Shown here: piece by piece, positions 22,876-32,843 of the stretch
Layout of the letters: each line of letters begins with the position of its first letter
Numbering within the stretch: position 1 is the stretch's first letter
Assembly (NCBI GenBank): GCA_904063045.1
Contig: CAJFCJ010000064.1
Coordinates: forward strand, 166,036-217,657
Reading direction: 5' to 3'
DNA length: 51,622 bases
Source of the DNA: Dimorphilus gyrociliatus
Taxonomy: Eukaryota; Animalia; Annelida
The notes under the pieces: model-generated
What the model saw: the letters and a program-made list of their open reading frames with translations, nothing else
What the model was told of the DNA's origin: nothing
Databases searched by the model: none
Translations under genes and position numbers: made by a program

Positions 22876-25800
22876 TTGGTAAAAGGCAGAAAAGATTTCC
22901 AATTTCGAATGAAAAATCATAATGGAAGAGAGGTTATTGCTTTATGTGATTCAGGAGCACTTTTGTCATTTATTACAGAAAAAGAAATCAGGTTAATGGA
23001 TTCTAAATTCATCAAGAAAGAAACTACTGGCTTACCAATCATCACTTCAGCAGAGGGAAATGCTTTAAAGACAAAAGGAAAAACAAAACTGAATATTCAA
23101 TTTAATGGAAGAATTATGGAACAAGAATTCTTTATTATGGAAAAACTAGATATGGCTATAATACTTGGTTGTGATTTCTTAGAAAATGCTGGAGCTCTTA
23201 TTGATTTTGCAACAAAACAAGTTTCTCTTCCATTCTTTATCAGAAGAGGGGAACCAGTTAAGAAGTTCATGCAACATGCCCAAAGTCAACAAACAAAACA
23301 TGGAAAACCAGCAAATAAGGAGAAAGTAACTGTTGGAATGATAGGACAACAGTTTGAAGATTCTGACACTCCATCTGAAGTTTTTGATACTCCATCTGAA
23401 GTTTCACATATTGTGGACTCAAAAATGGAAGTTACTGACCCAGATACTGATTATGGTACAAGCTCATCTGAAGAAGAGACCAGTAACACAATTGAGTCTG
23501 ACCATGATTCCATAATGGTTATAGACTCATCTGATGAAGAGACTGGAAATATACCTAAGTCTGACAATGACTGTGTTATTCTCACAAATTCTTCTGAAGA
23601 AGAAACTGAAATTATATCTGAGGATTTGGCTATGGAAATGGAAGTGTAAACCACAATATATAGAATTAGAAGATGGAATAACTATCAAAGTGGAAAAAGA
23701 ACAAAAGAAAAATTCAGTAACTCCTGAAATAGAAGAATTACAGTTCGAAAGTATTGAATTTAAACATTTGTCTAATCTAAATGTACACAATATTAATTCA
23801 AATACATTAGAAACTGACAAATATTTACATGTGTCCAAAAATAATCTTGACAAGAACAGAGAAGAATTAAAAGAAATGATAAAGAATTATGAAGAAAATC
23901 AGAATGACATTGGTTCACCAGATGTTCCACCAATAGCAATTGAATTATTGGAAGATGTAAAACCTTTTAAACAAAGGCCTTATAGATTACCACCCAATAA
24001 ACAACAGGAATGTAGGGATCAACTCAATGGTTTATTGGAAAATGGACTAATTAGATCAAGTAAAAGTCAATAGGCTGATCCAGAAAAGATTCAGAAGATA
24101 AAAGATGCTGAATTTTTGTTAAAAAGAAAGAAGGAACATTGAGAATGTGTGTGGATTACAGAAAACTTAACAAGCAATCAAAAAAGAAATTGCTATCCAA
24201 TCCCACACCAGGAAGATTTATTTGATAAGCTTGGAGGAGGTCATAAATACTTTTTCATACTGGATTTGACAAGTGCATTTCACTACATCCCCATCAAGGA
24301 AGAGGACAAAGAAAAAACTGCTTTTATTACACCATTTGGACTGTTTGAATTCAATTGAATGCCTTTTGGTTTGGCAAATGCACCTTCACACTTTAGTTAT
24401 ATTATAGCAAATTTTGTAATTAATGGATTGGAAAATTTTTGCATTAATTATATGGATGACATTATTGTGTTTACTAAAACATTAGAAGAACACTACATAG
24501 CTTTACAAAAACTAATGGAAAGAATTAAAGAAAAAGATTTCAGAATCATACCAAGCAAGTGTGCTTTCTTATAGGAATCAGTACATTTTCTTGGCCATAA
24601 GATTACACAAAATGGTATTGAAACTGATCCAGAAAACAGGAGGCCTATCAGATACTAAAGAAATCAATGACTGAGCCACCCATACTTCAACTACCCAATT
24701 TTACCAAACCATTTTATTTAACAACAGATGCTTCCAATTATGCAGTTGGCTCAGTTCTGGAACAAGGGGTCGGGTGTGAACGTACCTGGGTGCGAACGTA
24801 CCCGGGTGCGAACGTACCCGGGTGCGAACGTACCCTGGGCGGGTGCGAACGTACCCAGGTACGTTCGCACCCTATTTTTATATTTATTTTATTTTTGAAT
24901 TTTTGAATAAACATGTACATTGACACCCTTTTTTCCTTCTGTTCCTTCATTATATATTTGTTAATATATTGATTTGATAGAATGCAGATATTAAATAGAA
25001 TACATATCCCATCAATATTAAATTACTACTTTAAAAGAAAATGTTGTTGAAAGTGAAATAGCAGCCATTTTAATAGTGATAGTTTTATTAAATAAACTTT
25101 CACTTGGAATATTTATCCTTGCAAAAGTAAAGCTATATTTACTGAATAAATTTGGACAAAGTTCTTCTTGGAAGCTTCAACAGAAGTGAGTATTTATATC
25201 TAATCATTGAGATTGTTGATTCATGATATTTTGATGTAATATACTATCTTCAATTGTGAAAAAGCTGAATATTTTTCATAAATAAAATTTCAGCCATTTT
25301 GAATATTTGGCATCAAAGAATGAATAGTAAGCTGCCTGCTAAAGGTTCTTTTTACATGCTGGTTGATGAGCTAAAAAAAGAGTCTGAGTTGATTGCAGTT
25401 TATGAGAAATTACTGTCAGAAAAAAGGATTTACAAACATCAAAAGAAAAAGTATATTGACATCCAAAAGAAAATTTTTGATTTATGGGATGATTTCAAGT
25501 TGAACAAATTGACATCAATTGATCTATTAATGCAGACATCCCATATCTACTCTCCAGCATAAATATCATTTGTCAAGCTTTATTGTTTTTTAGTATAATA
25601 TTTAGTCTTTTAAATACATACTTTTAGATTTATAGCTAAATCTTTTATTCAAAAATTCAAAAATAAAATAAATATAAAAATAGGGTGCGAACGTACCTGG
25701 GTACGTTCGCACCCGCCCAGGGTACGTTCGCACCCGGGTACGTTCACACCCAGATACGTTCGCACCCCAACTCCTGGAACAAAAATGTGAAGAAGATGGA

Positions 25801-26420
25801 AAGAAAATAAGAAAACCAATTTCTTTTGCTTCCAAGCTTCTAATCAATACACAACTAAGATATGCAGCTTATCAGAAAGAAGCTTTTGCTGTGTATTGGG
25901 CAGTACAAAAATTCTCCCATTATTTGCAGTATAAGAAATTTTTTCTTTATCCTGATCACCAAAATTTAGTACAAATAAAATATTGATACCGGAACATTGT
26001 ATGAATATAAAAACTTCATTGAAAATACATTTGTTACAGAGGATCTGGTATGGTATTTAGATGGTTGTCAACCACTACTTGTAATACCACTATCAACTTT
26101 AACTAAACTACTTGGACAAATTCATCAACATCAGGTTTTTGAACACTATGGTGTTGATATAACAATTCATACCTTAGAACAAGCCTTCTGGCATCCAAAA
26201 TTAAAGAAGGCAACTAAAGACCACATAAAGAATTGTGAATTTTGTGAACAATTAAGAGCACCAGGCATCAAACACTTGTTGGTTGAAACATCTCATCCAA
26301 CTCTACCAATGCAAAGAATTGCTATGGACATAATTGGACCTTTGACTGGACATGATTCTTACAAATATATACTTGTGATTATAGATCAGTTCATTCTTTA
26401 TCAGAAAAGGACAACCAGTT
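22876..26420 (+). mobile_element. Degraded Ty3/gypsy pol copy A (protease, acidic spacer, RT, RNase H, integrase start)
   Basis: ALCDSGA aspartic protease; QRPYRLP; YPIP..EDL; MPFGLANAP; YMDD; TTDASNYAVG; HYG...CEFC; RIAMDIIGP. Several stops and deletions, plus a MULE insertion. No gag or 5' LTR found. Confidence 0.9.
24766..25773 (+). mobile_element. Non-autonomous MULE with ~130-145-bp TIRs and 9-bp TSD
   Basis: TSD CTGGAACAA at 24757-24765 and 25774-25782. TIRs built from GGGTGCGAACGTACCY 16-mers. Internal ORF 25299-25562 matches the C-terminus of the transposase at 37660-38367. Confidence 0.9.
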
Positions 26421-26569
26421 AGAAAGTTTTTGCAATATAACGAAAATCACCAGACAAAATTTGGAAAACAAGGCAGTGTAAAAAAAGTAACTGTTGGAAT
26501 GATGGGACAGTATTTGGAAGATTCTGACACTCCATCTGAAGTTTTTGATACTCCATCTGAAGTTTCAGA

Positions 26570-27946
26570 TTGTGTGGACTCAGAAATGGAAGTTATTACT
26601 CTGAAGAAGAAACTGAAGACTTGGCTGAAGATATAAAGCCTTTCAAACAAAGACCATACAGATTGCCACCCAACAAACAGCAGGAATGCAGGGATCAATT
26701 AAATGGATTATTGGAAAATGGTCTAATTAGAGCAAGCAAAAGCCAATGGGCTTCACCCATTGTTTTTGTGAAAAAGAAAGAAGGAACATTAAGAATGTGT
26801 GTGGATTACAGAAAACTTAACAAGCAATCAAAAAAGAATTGTTATCCAATCCCACATCAGGAAGATTTATTTGATAAGCTTGGAGGAGGCCACAAATATT
26901 TTTCTATATTGGATTTAACAAGTGCATTTCATCATATTCCAATCAAAGAAGAAGATAAGGAGAAAACTGCTTTTATTACACCATTTGGTTTATTTGAATT
27001 CAACCGCATGCCATTTGGTTTGGCAAATGCACCTTCACACTTCAGCTATATCATGGCAAATTTTGTTATTAATGGATTGGAAAACTTCTGCATTAATTAT
27101 ATGGATGATATTATAGTTTTTACCAAAACATTGGAAGAACACTTTGTAGCTCTACAGAAACTTATGGAAAGAATCAAGGAAAAAGACTTTAGAATTAAAC
27201 TGAGCAAATGTGCATTCCTACAAGAATCAGTTCAATTCCTTGGTCATAGAATTACACAGAATGGTATTGAAACTGATCCTGAAAAGATTCAGAAAATAAA
27301 AGATGCTGAATTACCAATGTTTGCAAAATACTTACTAAGTTTTGTAGCATTTTGTGGTTATTATAGAAGATTTATCAAGGACTTTGCAAAAATTACAAAA
27401 CCATTGAGAGAATTATTAAAACTACATCAGAAGACTGAAAGACTAAAATGGACTACAGAAGCAGAGAAAGCGTATCAGACACTAAAGAAATCAATGACAG
27501 AACCACCAATACTTCAACTACCTGATTTTAGTAAACCATTCTATCTAACAACAGATGCCTCCAATTATGCAGTTGGTGCAGTTTTAGAACAAGAATGGGA
27601 AGAAGATGGAAAGAAAATAAGAAAGCCAATTTCTTTTGCTTCAAAACTCCTAATCAATACACAACTAAGGTATGCAGCTTATCAAAAAGAAGCTTTTGCA
27701 GTCTATTGGGCAGTACAAAAATTCTCCCATTACTTGCAGTATAAGAAATTTTTTCTTTACACTGATCACCAAAATTTGGTACAAACATTTGTACAAAACA
27801 AATTAAATTCAAGTACTGTTAAATGGGTTATGGCACTTATGGATATGGACTTTGAAATAATTTACATACCTGGAAGAACCAACAGAGCAGACTGGATATC
27901 CAGAATTGGAGAAACTGATGAAGTTATTGATTCCGAAATTTACTAA
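26570..27946 (+). CDS. pol: Gypsy reverse transcriptase-RNase H (copy B)
   Basis: WASPIVFVKKK, RMCVDYRKLN, YPIP, LDLTSAFHHI, MPFGLANAP, YMDD, FLGH, TDASNYAVGAVL, EAFAV, TDHQNL, RADWISR; uninterrupted. Confidence 0.95.
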   Translation: MCGLRNGSYYSEEETEDLAEDIKPFKQRPYRLPPNKQQECRDQLNGLLENGLIRASKSQWASPIVFVKKKEGTLRMCVDYRKLNKQSKKNCYPIPHQEDLFDKLGGGHKYFSILDLTSAFHHIPIKEEDKEKTAFITPFGLFEFNRMPFGLANAPSHFSYIMANFVINGLENFCINYMDDIIVFTKTLEEHFVALQKLMERIKEKDFRIKLSKCAFLQESVQFLGHRITQNGIETDPEKIQKIKDAELPMFAKYLLSFVAFCGYYRRFIKDFAKITKPLRELLKLHQKTERLKWTTEAEKAYQTLKKSMTEPPILQLPDFSKPFYLTTDASNYAVGAVLEQEWEEDGKKIRKPISFASKLLINTQLRYAAYQKEAFAVYWAVQKFSHYLQYKKFFLYTDHQNLVQTFVQNKLNSSTVKWVMALMDMDFEIIYIPGRTNRADWISRIGETDEVIDSEIY

Positions 27947-28273
27947 AGGAAAGACTAAATGAAGAAAAACAAAATGGCAATACAATTCCACAATTAGCAG
28001 AAAGAAAGGATATGCTTAAATGCTTTTATATTGATACAGAAGATTTAGAAGACTTAGCTGATTGTTTGGATGATATTTTAGACATAATGATGGTTATGAT
28101 GAAGAAGCAGATGACAAAAAATTACAGGTCATGAAATTAAAAAATAAACCTGTTGAGATAAACTTCTACACTGAACAAGTTTTGGATGACACGCTAATGA
28201 AAATTGTAGAAAAATTGGAAGGAGCAAATATTGATGTTGAAATGTTCAAGGAATACAAAATTTTATTGAACAT

Positions 28274-31200
28274 ATGTTTGTCAAAGATGATTTAGTATGG
28301 TATCTGAATGGTTGTCAACCATTACTGGTAATTCCACTACTAACTTTAACAAACCTACTGAACCAAATACATCAACATCAAATATTTGAACACTATGGTG
28401 TAGACATAACAATTCATACTTTGGAACAAGCTTTCTGGCATCCACAACTTAAGAAAACAATTAAAGACCATATAAAGAATTGCAAATTCTGTGAACAATT
28501 AAGAGCACCTGGAAACAAACATCTATTGGTTGAAACACCCCATCCAACTCTACCAATGCAAAGAATTGCAATGGACATAATGGGACCACTAACAGGACAT
28601 GAATCTTACAAATACATACTTGTCATTATAGATCACATGTCAAGATTTACAAACCTATTTCCATTAAAAACTCAGACAGCTGAAGAAATATCAAAACACT
28701 TGTTTTTTAACTACTTTCCAATATTTGGTATTCCAGAAGAAATTCTCACAGACCAAGGACGGAATTTTCTGGGGGAAATATTTACAGAGATGGTTACATC
28801 AATGGGAATAAGGAAAATAAAAACAACAGCATTCCATAGCCAAAGTAATGGAATGGTAGAAAGAAAGAATTTGGAAATTCGCAGAGCACTACATAAACAT
28901 GTAGTTATGGAACAATTAACAGATTGGACAAGACAATTACCAATAATTCAAACATGCTTAAACCAAATTCCAGTGGGAAGCACAGGCAAAACTCCACATG
29001 AAATATTATTTGGATTGAAGAATAGGAATGTCTTAGATTTGTTAATGGAAGTTCCAAGATTAGAACCAACAACAAAATTTCTATTTGATAGAAAGCATGA
29101 AATGGAAGAAATAAGAGCTACTGCATTGTGCAAATCTGTCATGAAAAAGAAGGCATATAGAGATAGAGTAAACAAAACTATCACAAGAAAACCCCCAACT
29201 TACCAAATTGGTGAATGGGTACACATAAAAAATGAACACATTGGTCAAGGAATGAATAGGATAAATACAAGCAAATGGAGTGGACCATACATTGTAACTG
29301 CTACTGATACTACAAAATGTCTTTATGAATTGGAAATATTAAATGGCAAAAGAAAATTCTACCATGCTAGTAGACTAAGATTGGCTAACAAACAACCAAC
29401 TAGAGTTAACACACTCAAGGTAGAGAAACAAGAAAGGAAAGTTGGAACACTTCCTATAAGAGGATCCATTGTTTACACTCTGCTAGCGCTATGCTTATTA
29501 AACTTGGTTCAGGGAAATGTATCAATAACAAAAGCAAACATAACTGTGAGAATGCTTCCTTCAGTACAATTCTGTCAAGGGCAACAAGTACATCAGTCAT
29601 TTGATCTGGCTGATGAACCAATTTGCACATTCAAAACTAAACAAATGACCAAAATAATGGCAAATATTTATGAAATTAAAGCTGATAATTTGGCAATACA
29701 AGCTGTTAAGTGTTTGGTAAAGAGAAGAATCAACTTTTACACTCATTACTTCTTTGGAGCAAAGAAACACAGAGTTGAAAAACAAACACTTACCTTAAGT
29801 GACAAACAATGCAGAAAAATGTTATTGTCAAAAAAGACCTTAAATGGACAAAAACTCATTGAAAAAGGAAACCTTCTAATGTACAATGAAAACAAAGGAT
29901 CAAACTACAAATGGCCAAGAACAACAGTGGTTGAAGAATTTACAACAATTCTCCAAATTGGCAAAGCTTATTGGCACCCAAGTCAGGATAAGATAACAAC
30001 CAACTTGGAATATTTAGAGGACTGTTCTATCAAACATAAATTTTGTAGAACTCTGGATTCCATTATTATTTTCAATCCTCAGAAAGGACAAAATCTCCTT
30101 GGTCATGAATCCCCATGGAAAGCAGTATCCTACAATGTAGAGTGCATTAAGCTTGGAGGATATTTTTCATGTCCCAACTATGCAATAATGGATTTACCTT
30201 ATCAAGATAGATATATCAAAGGATATGGTGGTCCTGGAACAAGAATTTTAGTACCCCAGAAGGAATACGACTTATTAAGAACTGATCTTACAAATTCAAA
30301 TTATGCTGATAACAGAATGATGGCAGATATCAAATATAAAATCATTTCAAACAAAGAAGTTGCAAGATTGCAGAATTATGATGGAAAGATATCAACTTTG
30401 AGAAAAGCAAATAATACAGAAATACAAAATATACTAACCTATAATGATTGGTATAGAGGTGGTGACAAGACTTATCATATGCTGATCAAAAATCATGTAA
30501 CACCACTGGTTAGGACCTGGATGGTCAGAGAAATAATCTCACCTGATATATGGGATATTAACAACAAATACATACTCAAAATGTTGAAAACAACCAAAAT
30601 GGAACCTGCTAGAATGGCAAAAGCAGAAGATTTTGAACTCAACAAGAAGAAAATTAGTTTCAATCCCTTACCAAGACTGGACACTTGGTACCAAAGTCCA
30701 AAAGATAAACAATTTCAAACACATCAAGCAAATGGAAAATTTACACTTTTGCAAAGAACACCAAAGAAGCATGAATGGAGGAGAAGAGTATCAGAAAGCA
30801 TACAGATGCCAAAATTTCACAAAATAGACATAGCAGATGCTATTCGAACATCTGCTTTATTAAATAACATTGATAAAAATTTCCAAAATTTACAAACAGT
30901 TTTCAAACAAGTATCACAACTTCTATGCAAAGAATTCATTATGAGAAACAAGATGGTAGCATTACTCACACCATTGGCACCTCAACTACCAACAATACTT
31001 GGATCTAAGCATGGAATGCACAGTACATGGCTTGGTGATCTAACAACCTTAAATACTTGTACAGAATTAAAATCAGTTCAAGTAGTGTGTGATACAACAA
31101 TTATCACCAAAAATGGATTATGCTCCAAAGAATTTCTCATCAAGTATAAAGATCTCTTATTCTCAGTTGATCCAATACTCCATCATGCTTACCACATAAC

Positions 31201-31876
31201 AAAAGAAGATATAAGATATGGAGATTGTGACCAAACACAACACCTGTTCAAAATTAAGAAAAACCCACTGGACATTGAACACAATCAACAAGCAATGTAT
31301 TCTGGAAAGAAAACATTCATCTATTACACAAAGAAAGGATGCAGATTTCAGACTGCAGCAGCACAATCAATCAGAATGAAAATAAGCAATGAAATTGAAG
31401 AACCAAAATTAGAGGTTGCTAGACTTACTGAGTTAATACAGCTTGGTATAAAAGAGGATGTTGGTAAGAAGCAACAACAAGTTCAACAAGTTTTAGAATA
31501 CATTCAAGACACTTTAACAAGACATAAAGAGCACATAAACTTTGCTAATGATTTGGGCATTGATGCTGCTTTGTCTAAAACTGAACATATATTCTCATCA
31601 TGGGCCAGGACACCTTACAAAACACTCATCAACATACTTCTTCCAATAACAATAATCATTGGAATTGGGATTCTGATTTGGTTTCTTTGGAAGAAAGACT
31701 GGAAAAGAGTACACTTCACCAAGCTAGCTAAGCTTTTAGCTAGAAAAGAAAAGTTACCTACAGCCCCAACAGCTGAACCAGAAGAAATACCACTACAAAC
31801 TTATCCAACATTCAAAAAGGATGGTGACACACTGATTGTTTCAAGCCCAAGACCTTTCGTGGAAGCAAGGTCTTAA
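28274..31876 (+). CDS. Gypsy integrase fused in frame to a class III envelope glycoprotein
   Basis: HHCC zinc finger, RIAMD / TDQGRNF / SNGMVER (DD35E), GPY motif. Then hydrophobic IVYTLLALCLLNLVQG (29468-29515), Cys-rich ectodomain with N-glycosylation sequons, C-terminal TM (about 31625-31690) and cytoplasmic tail. No stop between IN and Env. Confidence 0.9.
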   Translation: MFVKDDLVWYLNGCQPLLVIPLLTLTNLLNQIHQHQIFEHYGVDITIHTLEQAFWHPQLKKTIKDHIKNCKFCEQLRAPGNKHLLVETPHPTLPMQRIAMDIMGPLTGHESYKYILVIIDHMSRFTNLFPLKTQTAEEISKHLFFNYFPIFGIPEEILTDQGRNFLGEIFTEMVTSMGIRKIKTTAFHSQSNGMVERKNLEIRRALHKHVVMEQLTDWTRQLPIIQTCLNQIPVGSTGKTPHEILFGLKNRNVLDLLMEVPRLEPTTKFLFDRKHEMEEIRATALCKSVMKKKAYRDRVNKTITRKPPTYQIGEWVHIKNEHIGQGMNRINTSKWSGPYIVTATDTTKCLYELEILNGKRKFYHASRLRLANKQPTRVNTLKVEKQERKVGTLPIRGSIVYTLLALCLLNLVQGNVSITKANITVRMLPSVQFCQGQQVHQSFDLADEPICTFKTKQMTKIMANIYEIKADNLAIQAVKCLVKRRINFYTHYFFGAKKHRVEKQTLTLSDKQCRKMLLSKKTLNGQKLIEKGNLLMYNENKGSNYKWPRTTVVEEFTTILQIGKAYWHPSQDKITTNLEYLEDCSIKHKFCRTLDSIIIFNPQKGQNLLGHESPWKAVSYNVECIKLGGYFSCPNYAIMDLPYQDRYIKGYGGPGTRILVPQKEYDLLRTDLTNSNYADNRMMADIKYKIISNKEVARLQNYDGKISTLRKANNTEIQNILTYNDWYRGGDKTYHMLIKNHVTPLVRTWMVREIISPDIWDINNKYILKMLKTTKMEPARMAKAEDFELNKKKISFNPLPRLDTWYQSPKDKQFQTHQANGKFTLLQRTPKKHEWRRRVSESIQMPKFHKIDIADAIRTSALLNNIDKNFQNLQTVFKQVSQLLCKEFIMRNKMVALLTPLAPQLPTILGSKHGMHSTWLGDLTTLNTCTELKSVQVVCDTTIITKNGLCSKEFLIKYKDLLFSVDPILHHAYHITKEDIRYGDCDQTQHLFKIKKNPLDIEHNQQAMYSGKKTFIYYTKKGCRFQTAAAQSIRMKISNEIEEPKLEVARLTELIQLGIKEDVGKKQQQVQQVLEYIQDTLTRHKEHINFANDLGIDAALSKTEHIFSSWARTPYKTLINILLPITIIIGIGILIWFLWKKDWKRVHFTKLAKLLARKEKLPTAPTAEPEEIPLQTYPTFKKDGDTLIVSSPRPFVEARS

Positions 31877-31886
31877 AGGAGTGGGA
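31875..31886 (+). promoter_or_regulatory. Polypurine tract
   Basis: AAAGGAGTGGGA overlapping the stop codon, just before the 3' LTR. Confidence 0.7.
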
Positions 31887-31890
31887 TGTT

Positions 31891-32843
31891 TGTACACATT
31901 TAGGCAGTTTGTAGGTACTAAACACATAAGCTCGTAACCAGGCTCACAAACTCACACAATACACCCAAATTGTTACATTTCATTCATCAATGGAAAGCAA
32001 TATTGAAAGAGTATTATAGAGTACTTTACATACCTAAAACTACAACATACACTATTTAAACTAAGTTGTAAAAGTATTTTACAACTTAGATGTTAACCCT
32101 AATTATTATACACATCATATTTAATGAATATTAATTATATCTTCCACTATTCTATTTATATTTGGAGCTTTTAGATTATTGTCACTTTTCAACAGTATTG
32201 TATGCACAATACTATATTGAATGATTAAGTTTAATACTTTTATCCTACCAGTCCTTTACACAGAAACATATTATCTTACACAAATAATTATTATTAATAA
32301 TTTGTTGTATATTAAAACGGCATCAAGTTGACCTTTTCCTATTTTTGTGTTTTGGAATCAATCCAACTTCTATTAATAATTGTTACATCTTAGGCAACTT
32401 TCTGACCTACTAAAATAGGGAGCAAAAGTTCTCCAAGATAAAGAAAAAGTAACAAACATGGAAGTATATTTGAACTTTCCCTTTATCCAAATTGTTACAT
32501 TTGTTTGTGTGAATATTTTTATCCGTGAACTGTGAACTATTGGAAAAGTATATAAACCCTACGAATTTAACAGTAGTCAGTTCAGTTTTCTAACCATCAG
32601 CTGGTTGTTCAAACTTGCTTGTTTAGAACTAGAAACTCATTTACTCAAATACATATTCTTTGAATGAAATACTGGTGTTTGTTGGTTAATTTTTACTGGA
32701 ATTACATTTATTAAGACTACTTGTGGACGAACTTGAAAGGTTCTATTTGGACCAGTACTTTGGCACATTGGTAAATGATTGGAGAGGACGAATTTGATAG
32801 TGACGAGCTAGGACTTCCTACAATTACAATACAACAAAGTACA
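31891..32843 (+). mobile_element. 3' LTR (family 1, ~953 bp)
   Basis: TGTAC...GTACA termini directly after the PPT; colinear with 43635-44569. Confidence 0.85.
32549..32587 (+). promoter_or_regulatory. LTR core promoter: TATA box plus TCAGTT initiator
   Basis: TATATAAA 32549-32556, TCAGTT at 32577 and 32582 (about 30 nt spacing). Same arrangement in the family 2 LTRs. Confidence 0.6.

Noticed and set aside
23451-23853. Antisense ORFs over gypsy pol/env (also 28948, 29597, 30493, 31163, 35543, 35871) and over AN1, Mrt4 and separase
   Set aside because: Shadow frames of real coding sequence with no independent motifs.
24766-24880. Regular 16-bp repeats resembling a CRISPR array (also 25680-25770, 34975-35070, 38570-38640)
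   Set aside because: No unique spacers, units abut directly, they form inverted termini with 9-bp TSDs, and there are no cas genes; these are MULE TIRs in a eukaryote.
29516-31876. Endogenous rhabdovirus or herpesvirus gene
   Set aside because: In frame with a gypsy integrase and followed by PPT and LTR; no N, L or other viral genes nearby.
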